DNA of 64,000 nucleotides from Candidatus Micrarchaeota archaeon (GTDB lineage: Archaea; Micrarchaeota; Micrarchaeia; Micrarchaeales; CABMGC01). Shown here one piece after another: positions 56,267 through 64,000 of this stretch. The position numbers and the translations under genes were made by a program. The stretch covers positions 10,449 to 74,448 of the forward strand of contig JAWDMB010000001.1 in assembly GCA_046536795.1 (NCBI GenBank), given 5' to 3'. Each line of letters begins with the position of its first letter. Position 1 is the stretch's first letter. The notes beneath the pieces were generated by a model. It did no database searches, was not told the DNA's origin, and saw nothing but the letters and a program-made list of their open reading frames with translations.

Positions 56267-57397
56267 TTATTCTTTTTTCTTTGCCACTTTTCTTACTAGT
56301 TTGTCAAAGCTCTTAAAGAAACTTTCCCAAGAGTACTTTTCTTCTATTCTCTTTCTCGCAGCCTTGCCCATCTCTTCAGCAATTTTTGGGTGCTCTACCA
56401 AGAAGAGCATCTTCTCTGCCATCTCTTCAATTGAATTTACCAAGAATCCTGTTTTATTGTTTAATATAGTTTCCTTTGGGCCGCCCTCATTCACAGAAAT
56501 TATAGGCTTGTAGCTTGCACCAGCTTCAAGAGGTATATAGCCAAAATCCTCGTTTATTGCTGCAAACAGAATAGCGGTTGCTTTTGCATAAAGGTTCTTT
56601 AGCTCGCTGTCGCTTATATTTATCTTAAATTCAACTCCTTCGCTCGCTATTTTTTTAAGCTTCTCGAAATAATTTATATGCTCTTTATCCTTTGACAATG
56701 CACCCGCTATTATAAGTTTATAACCTTTCTTTCTCTTTTCAAAAAGCTTGAATGCATTAATAACATAATCCTGCCTCTTGTTAGGTATTATCCTTGATGG
56801 ATATAGAAAATATTTATTGTCGCCCTCGTTCCTAAACTCATTGTAGTCTATTGCTGGATTTATTATTGTTGCCTCTCTATTGAAATACTGCATTATCCTG
56901 CTAGCAGTATTCCTGCTGTTTGTTGCTATTTCCTCTATATCCTTCACAATACCTTCTGCTATGAATTTATAGGATTTAGTGAATGTAGCGTAGATGAATT
57001 TTTCCGTCGGGCTTCTATTCTTCATTCTTTCTGCATATAAATCATAGACCTCTCTTGGCGGCGTGTGGCAATACCATAATACCCTTTCATTCTTATGCCT
57101 TATCCACTCGCTTGGCGAGATATGCGCATTTATAACATCGTAATCCTCTTTGATTAAAGTATTGTAGAAGGTGTAGCCGTATCTTAGCCCCTGTGAAGCC
57201 CTGTAAGGCAATATATTTGCAAGAGGAATGTGCTTCTTTATTATCTCCACATCAAAATTCTTAAACTCAGGAAAAGTTCCTTTTGGGTCAAATTCTGTTG
57301 TATATATCTTTGCTTTATAATGCTCTGCTATCTTTAATATTACCCTTTCTGCTCCGCCCCTAATGGTGAGGTAGGGCTGAGCTATTATTACCTTCAT
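56267..57397 (-). CDS. GT4-family glycosyltransferase
   Basis: EDFGYIPLEAGASYKPIISVNEGGPKETI..NKTGFLV (E-x7-E GT-B motif). Confidence 0.8.
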   Translation of the reverse strand: MKVIIAQPYLTIRGGAERVILKIAEHYKAKIYTTEFDPKGTFPEFKNFDVEIIKKHIPLANILPYRASQGLRYGYTFYNTLIKEDYDVINAHISPSEWIRHKNERVLWYCHTPPREVYDLYAERMKNRSPTEKFIYATFTKSYKFIAEGIVKDIEEIATNSRNTASRIMQYFNREATIINPAIDYNEFRNEGDNKYFLYPSRIIPNKRQDYVINAFKLFEKRKKGYKLIIAGALSKDKEHINYFEKLKKIASEGVEFKINISDSELKNLYAKATAILFAAINEDFGYIPLEAGASYKPIISVNEGGPKETILNNKTGFLVNSIEEMAEKMLFLVEHPKIAEEMGKAARKRIEEKYSWESFFKSFDKLVRKVAKKKE

Positions 57398-57402
57398 TCA
57401 AT

Positions 57403-60400
57403 CTAACCCGGCATAGTGTAGTTATTGTGCACCCAGCTTGGCTTTGGCGTTACATAAGGCAAACCACCGGTGTAGTTGTTTAATGCTAATATGACAACAG
57501 GGTTTGTTGAATTCATGTAGTTTATTCCTGTGAAGTTGCTAGGATATACGCGCGTAAAGCCAGGGAGCTCGCCTAAGAAGAAACCTTTGTAGTAATTAGA
57601 GCTGTAGAACTCTGTAGGTGCATTAGTTATAGTATAATTATTACTGTTTGGCGTATATACAACCATGAAGTCTGCATAGGTTTGACCATAAAGGTTTATT
57701 GTTCCAAAATAGAATTCTGTGTTTGGAACGATAAATGCATTGCTTATCTTTGTTCCATTTGAATAGTATATGTTTACAGGCTTTGTTGCATTGTAGAGGC
57801 TTGTTGGTATGCAATATGTCCCGTTTATATATACTTGGTTTCCTATAAGCAGTATTGCCTTCACCATAGGCTCAGTTGAATTGCTGAGCATGCAGTAGTT
57901 GTTTATGTTGTTAAGAGTTACAGGTATCAGTGCATATACAGGATCATGATTAAGCTCACATGTCGAGGTGCCGAGCCTATATGGTTGGCCTACTAGCGCA
58001 CCTTGGCTTTCTGCAAATGACATGTTTGTTTCGTTGACATGTATGCATGCTAAAAAGTCGAGAGCACCCCACTTTGGCAATAGTTGATCATCAAGCAGAA
58101 GATATTTTGCGTGAACAACGTTGTTCATAAAGCTTGCCATCTCTTTAGCGCCATAGCCGTCAGCAGGACCAAGTACATATTGTGCTGCTGCAGCATAATC
58201 TAGAGTTGGCACCGCATTATCGCCACGGAGCACAGCGTTGCTGTTGCCAAACCAGTTGATCCAATCACCATAGTCCCACCAAGAGAGTATTCTGGGACCA
58301 AATGGGCCAACGTTAGCACGCATCCATGCTGTAGCGTTAAGCCAATAATTTGGCACAACGTTGCAGAACAGATCATAGCCTATAGCATTTCCGCTATTTA
58401 CTATGCTTGTACAGTTTGGATTAATTATTGCAGAGATGAGAGGTATAAACGTTGCCGCTTCTAAAAGTGCAACAAGAATTGCAACACCATAAAGAGCTCT
58501 CATTGCCTTTGGATTGTATTCTGCTTTTCTGGGCTTAAAGCTATAGCCGTTTTGTATGTAGAGAATAAGTTCACCGATTATTGCGCCTATTGCTATTATA
58601 TAGCCAACACCAAAGTGTGGCAGGTACTTAACTTCTATCATGCCTGCTACAGCAAGCGGCCATACGGCTGCGAGAGCCATTATGCTTGTTTTTGAATTTC
58701 TATAATAAATTGCCAAAAGCTCCAGAATAGTAAATAATGCTAGAACAAGCCATACAATAATGTTAACTCCACCTATGCTAATGCCTATAATTCCAAAGCC
58801 TGCAGAGCCAAAATTAAAATTAATCCCTGTTGGTGCATACTCTTGCACTGTCATGAATAGGGGTATAGATGGTGTTACAAAATGGGTGCTTAATTGTATA
58901 TATTTCTTGAACGGTACCCCAAGAGGCGTGAATATTATAAGAAGCAGAGCAAAGAATACAAGAAGAGAAAATATGCTAAACTTTGATAACCCTTTAATAT
59001 CACGCTTAAATCTACCAAATAATGCTTCAAAAAATATGACAAATGCGCCAAAAAGAGAAAGTATAGAAAAGACTGCTATCGCTAAGCTGTTTTTCTCTAA
59101 TTTTTCTGCGTATAGCTTAGATAGATAATCAAACAGTATTACAAAGATTAGTGCAAAAAGCGGAAATGCGATTATTATAGGTATGCCAATCACTGAAGGG
59201 GTTCTTTCTGTAAGTGTTGCAGAGTATGGTGCATAAAGAATGTAGAATATTGAGAACACTATAATAACTATTAAATTCATCTTATAGAACTCCTTCATGC
59301 CTTCATTTCTTATAACGCTTATAACGCCTTGTGCTATTATATAAGCAGCGAGCACACCAGCATTAACTGTATAGTAGTGTGCACCGAGGAATGTTGAGGC
59401 ATAAGCTATACCAGCGAGTATGGCGAATCTCGGCTCTTTCATATATTTTACAGCAACTATGTATGTTGCATAGAAGAAGAACATTGCAAATATACCCCAC
59501 GGCTCGAGAAGCTGCTCGCCTGCTATGAATGTTGTAACCAATGCTGGCATACTTGCAATTAGGGTTGCACCTATCAGTGCAGGAAACTTGCCATATTCAT
59601 GATAAAGGAAGAAGAACACAACAAATACCAGAAGCGCTGCGGTTATAGGCGGATACCAACTACTTACAAGGCTAAGCAAATTTATATCAACGCTTGTTGC
59701 ACTGGCAGGATGTGTATTTGCAAGATCATACCAGTAAGCTTCTAGATAAGGCACTATCGGCTGAATTCTATGTATGGTTCCATTTACTACAGTCGGCCAA
59801 GCTGAATGATCATGTAGCAATTGGTAGCCATATGTTAGTATATATTCTGTGCTTATCATATCAAAATAAGGGTCAAACTCAAAATACCTCGGAGCTACAC
59901 CTATATTTGCAATTCTCGTTGCAAAGGTAAGAAACATAAGGAAAAGTAGGAAGAGCCAGACATAGCTCATGTTCGCTTTCTCTTTGCTAGCACCTTTTTT
60001 GTGAGCTTCAAGGATAAGCCTCTCTTCGGCTTCATGCATCTCTATTAGCTCTTTCTCTTCTTTCTTATGCAGAGAGATTATTCTTTCCTTCTCCTCTGCG
60101 CTCATGCTGCTTATTGCTGCTTCTTCGCTCTCGTGCTTTCTCTCAAGCGCCTTCTCCTCATCTTCATGCTTTTTGATAAGATCTAGCTCAAGATTTAGCT
60201 CACGCATCTCTGCTCTTATATCATTTATTCTTTTCTTATAGTCTTCTTCCCTCTTAGCCTCTTCGCTTTTTTCCTTACTAAATTTAAATGCGCCCTGCTG
60301 GAAAGACAAAGCTATACCTATTATTGTAAGAAGTATCACATTTGCATTATAAAGCGATTCAGAGAAGGAAAAGAAGTGTATATATGGTATTAAATAGCTT

Positions 60401-60564
60401 TCAAGCCAGACGAGCGCGGGAGGAAATATTAGACCAAAGATAAATCCAAATATTGTTATTTCAAACATTGAAAGATGTGTTTTTCTAAGAAGGGCTAACG
60501 CTAGAAAGAAGCCAGGCACCATTATTGAGAGAAATGCTTCTAATATAACAATAAACAAAGACAT
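57403..60564 (-). CDS. aglB: oligosaccharyltransferase AglB (STT3 family) with ~200-aa N-terminal extension
   Basis: WWDYGDWI (WWDYG motif), EFDPYFD after the canonical first TM helix, at least 13 TM helices, large C-terminal sequon-rich globular domain. Confidence 0.9.
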   Translation of the reverse strand: MSLFIVILEAFLSIMVPGFFLALALLRKTHLSMFEITIFGFIFGLIFPPALVWLESYLIPYIHFFSFSESLYNANVILLTIIGIALSFQQGAFKFSKEKSEEAKREEDYKKRINDIRAEMRELNLELDLIKKHEDEEKALERKHESEEAAISSMSAEEKERIISLHKKEEKELIEMHEAEERLILEAHKKGASKEKANMSYVWLFLLFLMFLTFATRIANIGVAPRYFEFDPYFDMISTEYILTYGYQLLHDHSAWPTVVNGTIHRIQPIVPYLEAYWYDLANTHPASATSVDINLLSLVSSWYPPITAALLVFVVFFFLYHEYGKFPALIGATLIASMPALVTTFIAGEQLLEPWGIFAMFFFYATYIVAVKYMKEPRFAILAGIAYASTFLGAHYYTVNAGVLAAYIIAQGVISVIRNEGMKEFYKMNLIVIIVFSIFYILYAPYSATLTERTPSVIGIPIIIAFPLFALIFVILFDYLSKLYAEKLEKNSLAIAVFSILSLFGAFVIFFEALFGRFKRDIKGLSKFSIFSLLVFFALLLIIFTPLGVPFKKYIQLSTHFVTPSIPLFMTVQEYAPTGINFNFGSAGFGIIGISIGGVNIIVWLVLALFTILELLAIYYRNSKTSIMALAAVWPLAVAGMIEVKYLPHFGVGYIIAIGAIIGELILYIQNGYSFKPRKAEYNPKAMRALYGVAILVALLEAATFIPLISAIINPNCTSIVNSGNAIGYDLFCNVVPNYWLNATAWMRANVGPFGPRILSWWDYGDWINWFGNSNAVLRGDNAVPTLDYAAAAQYVLGPADGYGAKEMASFMNNVVHAKYLLLDDQLLPKWGALDFLACIHVNETNMSFAESQGALVGQPYRLGTSTCELNHDPVYALIPVTLNNINNYCMLSNSTEPMVKAILLIGNQVYINGTYCIPTSLYNATKPVNIYYSNGTKISNAFIVPNTEFYFGTINLYGQTYADFMVVYTPNSNNYTITNAPTEFYSSNYYKGFFLGELPGFTRVYPSNFTGINYMNSTNPVVILALNNYTGGLPYVTPKPSWVHNNYTMPG

Positions 60565-60631
60565 CTCAGCACCAGAAGTTAAAAATATTAAATAAGTAAA
60601 TTATAAAACCGTATCTATAAAAAGCGATTGA

Positions 60632-61723
60632 ATGAAGTGCATCATTGTAGGCGCAGGAACAAGCGGGCTCATTGCCGCGAGGGAACTTGCACGCTATGGA
60701 GTAGATGTAGAGGTATACGAAAGAAAAAAGGTAATAAAGATATCTACGAGCTCTGGAATCCTCTCACTTAACGGACTTAAAGAATTGAATATATTTTACA
60801 AAGAGGCTCTGCTAAACAAGCTTTTTGGGGCAAGATTATTTTTTGGAAATACAGTTATAGAAGTAAAGGCAAAAAAGGCTAAAGCATATAGCGTAGATAG
60901 AAATGTGTTGAACAAGAAGCTAATGGAAGAAGCACAGAGAAGTGGCGCTGAAATATTTTATGGTGAAAATATATCAAAGGAGAAGCTAAAGGAGATAAGC
61001 AAAAATAAAGAAAATATAATTATAGGAGCTGACGGCGCTGTTTCTAATGTTGCAAGCTTTTTTGGGTTTCCACCCATAAAAAGGTTTATATTAACTTATA
61101 GAATGGAGTATAGAGTGCAAAAAGAAGATGATGATTTTGTTGAGCTTTTCTTTGACAACAAAGTAACAAAAGGTTTATTTGGATGGATAGCGCCACATGG
61201 CGATAATACAGAAATAGGAGTTGGCATAGACGAAAGGTTTGGAAAAAGCAGCGATGCCCTAAGACTTTTCTTAATGAGAAAAGAGGTTAAAGAAGCTATA
61301 CGCAATGCAAGGCCTTTAGAAGGGGGCGCAAACATCATTCCGATTTCGCTCAGAAAAAAGTTTGTTGATGAAAATAAGAGAGTATTGCTTGTTGGCGATG
61401 CCGCAGGACAAGTAAAAAGCTCAACAGGAGGTGGTATAATCTTTGGCGGCCACGCCGCGATGATTGCTTCGAAGGTTGTAAAAGATTATTTGGATAACAA
61501 TGCTAGCTTAGCCACTTATCAAAGCCTATGGCTTAAGGAGTTCAAGAAAGAAATAATTATTCACAATATAATACATGCTCTTTACTCTTCGCTAAGTAAC
61601 TCTATGCTAAGCGGCATAGCGAGCTTTGCTAAGCTTCTTGGAATAGAGAAATTGCTTTCTGAGTATGGTGATATGGACAGGCCTAGCAAAATAATAAGAA
61701 GCATGCTAGGACTTAAGACTTAG
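60632..61723 (+). CDS. geranylgeranyl reductase-family FAD-dependent oxidoreductase
   Basis: KCIIVGAGTSGLIAARELARYG (dinucleotide fold), GADGA.S, LLVGDAAGQVKSSTGGGI. Confidence 0.8.
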   Translation: MKCIIVGAGTSGLIAARELARYGVDVEVYERKKVIKISTSSGILSLNGLKELNIFYKEALLNKLFGARLFFGNTVIEVKAKKAKAYSVDRNVLNKKLMEEAQRSGAEIFYGENISKEKLKEISKNKENIIIGADGAVSNVASFFGFPPIKRFILTYRMEYRVQKEDDDFVELFFDNKVTKGLFGWIAPHGDNTEIGVGIDERFGKSSDALRLFLMRKEVKEAIRNARPLEGGANIIPISLRKKFVDENKRVLLVGDAAGQVKSSTGGGIIFGGHAAMIASKVVKDYLDNNASLATYQSLWLKEFKKEIIIHNIIHALYSSLSNSMLSGIASFAKLLGIEKLLSEYGDMDRPSKIIRSMLGLKT

Positions 61724-62249
61724 CTTCTCCTTGCTGCTCATTTTTCTTTGCTTTCTCTAAAAGCTCCCTTCCAAGCTTCTCCCTTCTCTCAAGGCTCTCC
61801 TTTATCTTTTCGAAGTCTTCCTTTGAGAGAACCTTGCTTAATATATATTGTGAATAATTTACTGATATTTGGGCAACATCTAATACTATAGACTGCATCT
61901 CGCTCGTTTTTAGTATATATTCCTTCTCTGGCTTCAATATTTCAACGCCTGCTGGCGCATAATTGAATGCAAGATTTAGAAGAGCTCCAAAATCCTTGAA
62001 CAAGATTGTCAAGGCTGCGCTTGTTGAATATGTTAATTCATCTACTTTTATTGGTTCGTCTATGCTACCATAGCAGTATATAACACCTGGTGCCTTTAAG
62101 ATATTGTTGTTTATCATCTCTGTCATTAGCGGTTGCAAGTCATCGGGCTTTTCACTCTGCATATCAAAATAGAGCTTTGCAAGTATGCCGCCGTTGTCTA
62201 ATACTTTTTTTGTAACTTCTTCGACACTATCTTTCTTCAATTTATTCAC
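61713..62249 (-). CDS. hypothetical protein
   Basis: Long ORF with host-like codon usage. Its start overlaps the hisS stop by 8 nt. No motif recognised. Confidence 0.45.
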   Translation of the reverse strand: MNKLKKDSVEEVTKKVLDNGGILAKLYFDMQSEKPDDLQPLMTEMINNNILKAPGVIYCYGSIDEPIKVDELTYSTSAALTILFKDFGALLNLAFNYAPAGVEILKPEKEYILKTSEMQSIVLDVAQISVNYSQYILSKVLSKEDFEKIKESLERREKLGRELLEKAKKNEQQGEAKS

Positions 62250-63519
62250 CTTTTATTACCTTAATTGCTTCCTCTATGTCTAAAAGCTCTTCGTTTCCTG
62301 ATACCATATCTCTTAGCTTAAGCTTGTTGCTAGACTGCTCGCGCTCGCCTATAATAACAACATATCTAAACCTCATCGCATTAGCATATTCAAGCTGCTT
62401 TGCGATATTTCTTTTTGTAACATTAATATCTGTATTTATGCCTGCAGCTCTAAGAGCATTAGCCACATAAAGCGAATAGTCTAGCACATTGCCCATAGAA
62501 GCAACATAAACCCTTGCATAGCTTTTCGTTTCTTCGCTTGAGCCTATAACATTCATTATCCTATCTATACCAATAGATATGCCTGTAGCTGGAATCTGCT
62601 GATTTAAGAAGATGCCTATAAGATTGTCGTACCTGCCGCCAGCAACTATTGTAGGAAGCCGCTTGCCGTTCTCATCGTATACAATAAATTCCCACACAAA
62701 ACTAGTATAGTAATCAAAACCCCTTGCAAGTGAAAGATCAACAACTATATCGCCTTTAACTTTGTATAGCTCAATAAGTCTAATGAGCTCTCTAAGCTTG
62801 TTTATCTCCTCTTTTATACCTATGTTCGCTTCTACCCTGTTGAGCTTCTCATCGTTATCTTCTTCTTTTATGATAAATTCGATTAGGCTTCTTGCATTTT
62901 CCTGCTTAACGCCAAGCCCAACGAGTCCTTTTATCACTTCTTCGTTACCCACTTTAGGAAGCTTATCTATGAGCCTAATTGCTTCTACATTTTTCTCGTT
63001 TGGAACACCGAAAAATGATAGTATTCCGTTCAGTATTATTCTGTCATTTATCAATATCTTATAGCCTGAAACGCCCAGCTCATCTAGTACCTGTGCAGCA
63101 ACCGCAACCACCTCTGCATCAGATATTAGTTCACTGCTTCCGATAATATCTATATCCGCTTGTAGAAATTCTCTATAGCGCATTCTTTGCGGTTCATCCT
63201 TTCTCCATATAGGACCAATCTGGTAGCGCTTAAATGGAAGTGGCGTATCTTTGTTCATTGCGATAAACCTTGCCAATGGCACTGTAAAATCATATCTAAG
63301 CGCAGCATCTTCTCCTTCTATTTTAAAGATCTCCTTTCCTGATTCCTCACCGTAAGTCTTAGCATAAAGTACATTTAGATTTTCAAGCGCTGGCGTCTCT
63401 ATAGGCGAAAAGCCAAATCTTCTAAATATCTCTTCTACCACAGCTAATACTTCACGCCTTGCTATAGCTTCGGCTGTATTGAAGTCACGCATACCCCTAG
63501 GAAGTGAAGGTTCTACCAT
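62242..63519 (-). CDS. hisS: histidine--tRNA ligase
   Basis: LPRGMRDF, FKRYQIGPIWRKDEPQ..RYREFLQADIDIIG, AGGRYDNL, anticodon-binding C-terminus. Confidence 0.95.
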   Translation of the reverse strand: MVEPSLPRGMRDFNTAEAIARREVLAVVEEIFRRFGFSPIETPALENLNVLYAKTYGEESGKEIFKIEGEDAALRYDFTVPLARFIAMNKDTPLPFKRYQIGPIWRKDEPQRMRYREFLQADIDIIGSSELISDAEVVAVAAQVLDELGVSGYKILINDRIILNGILSFFGVPNEKNVEAIRLIDKLPKVGNEEVIKGLVGLGVKQENARSLIEFIIKEEDNDEKLNRVEANIGIKEEINKLRELIRLIELYKVKGDIVVDLSLARGFDYYTSFVWEFIVYDENGKRLPTIVAGGRYDNLIGIFLNQQIPATGISIGIDRIMNVIGSSEETKSYARVYVASMGNVLDYSLYVANALRAAGINTDINVTKRNIAKQLEYANAMRFRYVVIIGEREQSSNKLKLRDMVSGNEELLDIEEAIKVIKGE

Positions 63520-63575
63520 TTAACCACAGCTATTATTATTTGCTATGCAAGGTATTTATTCTTTCCAATGCTGTG

Positions 63576-63905
63576 TTAAAGATTTTCATCAAGCCATTTC
63601 TTAAAAGTTTCTTGCGGTATAGCACCTATAGAAATAGCCTTTAATTCCCCACCCTCAAATAACGCAGCTGTTGGTATGCTCATTATATTATATGCAACAG
63701 CTATTTCTGGGTTCTCATCTGTATTGAGTTTGTAAAACTTCACCCTGCCTTTATACTTTTCTTCTTCAGATACCTTCTCAATAATAGGAGAGAATATCCT
63801 ACATGGGCCGCACCACTCTGCCCAAAAATCAACTACCACAGGCTTGTCGGATTTTAACACTTCTTGCTCAAATCTTGTCTTGTCGATATCTTCCACTACC
63901 ATCAC
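63576..63905 (-). CDS. trxA: thioredoxin
   Basis: VVVDFWAEWCGPCR, MSIPT..LF.GG. Confidence 0.9.
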   Translation of the reverse strand: MMVVEDIDKTRFEQEVLKSDKPVVVDFWAEWCGPCRIFSPIIEKVSEEEKYKGRVKFYKLNTDENPEIAVAYNIMSIPTAALFEGGELKAISIGAIPQETFKKWLDENL

Positions 63906-64000
63906 ATCACAAAAGTAGCAATTATATTTTTCTAAATAAAATATTTAAATGTTCTTTAGCAAATCGGAAGAAATTAGATATAAGCTCATTCTATTTTTTA

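Overview
Gene-dense, AT-rich archaeal chromosomal segment with about 60 protein genes and 3 tRNAs. I found no rRNA, CRISPR array, transposase or integrase. Archaeal origin is supported by PolD (DP1+DP2), a family-B polymerase, RFC large subunit, thermosome, eL14/eL34, AglB, archaeal-type PheRS, a mevalonate pathway with isopentenyl phosphate kinase, and intron-containing tRNAs. PolD argues against Crenarchaeota. A finer lineage (a DPANN/Micrarchaeota-like or Thermoplasmata-like small genome) is only a guess. Many genes look leaderless, with a TATA-like box about 25 nt upstream of the ATG. Most of the window is housekeeping: nfo, mvk, korAB, rfcL, sua5, ipk, pheST, polB, map, tatD, dp1/dp2, hisS, trx, and the conserved adk-DUF106-eL34-cmk-eL14 block. 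The most interesting items are: (1) 1.9-6.6 kb, a HerA/FtsK-like ATPase fused to wHTH and nuclease-like domains, converging on an 896-aa internally duplicated metallophosphoesterase with a coiled-coil insert and a pilin-like gene, a possible non-canonical DNA-processing or defence module; (2) 55958-56263, a stand-alone single-repeat (half-size) TBP; (3) 7.8-12.0 kb, a foreign-looking AAA/TTA-codon island with a single-chain nuclease-methyltransferase (Type IIG-like) and a second PD-(D/E)xK protein; (4) a tRNA-Arg with a 13-nt insertion in the T-loop, a putative non-canonical intron; (5) a frameshifted HMG-CoA reductase sitting among intact mevalonate genes; (6) a Ku plus ligase-only NHEJ pair; (7) two separate extracytoplasmic thiol-disulfide modules; (8) a stop-less 121-codon region upstream of a leaderless nfo. 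All calls come from reading the translations and sequence by eye. No database search was run.
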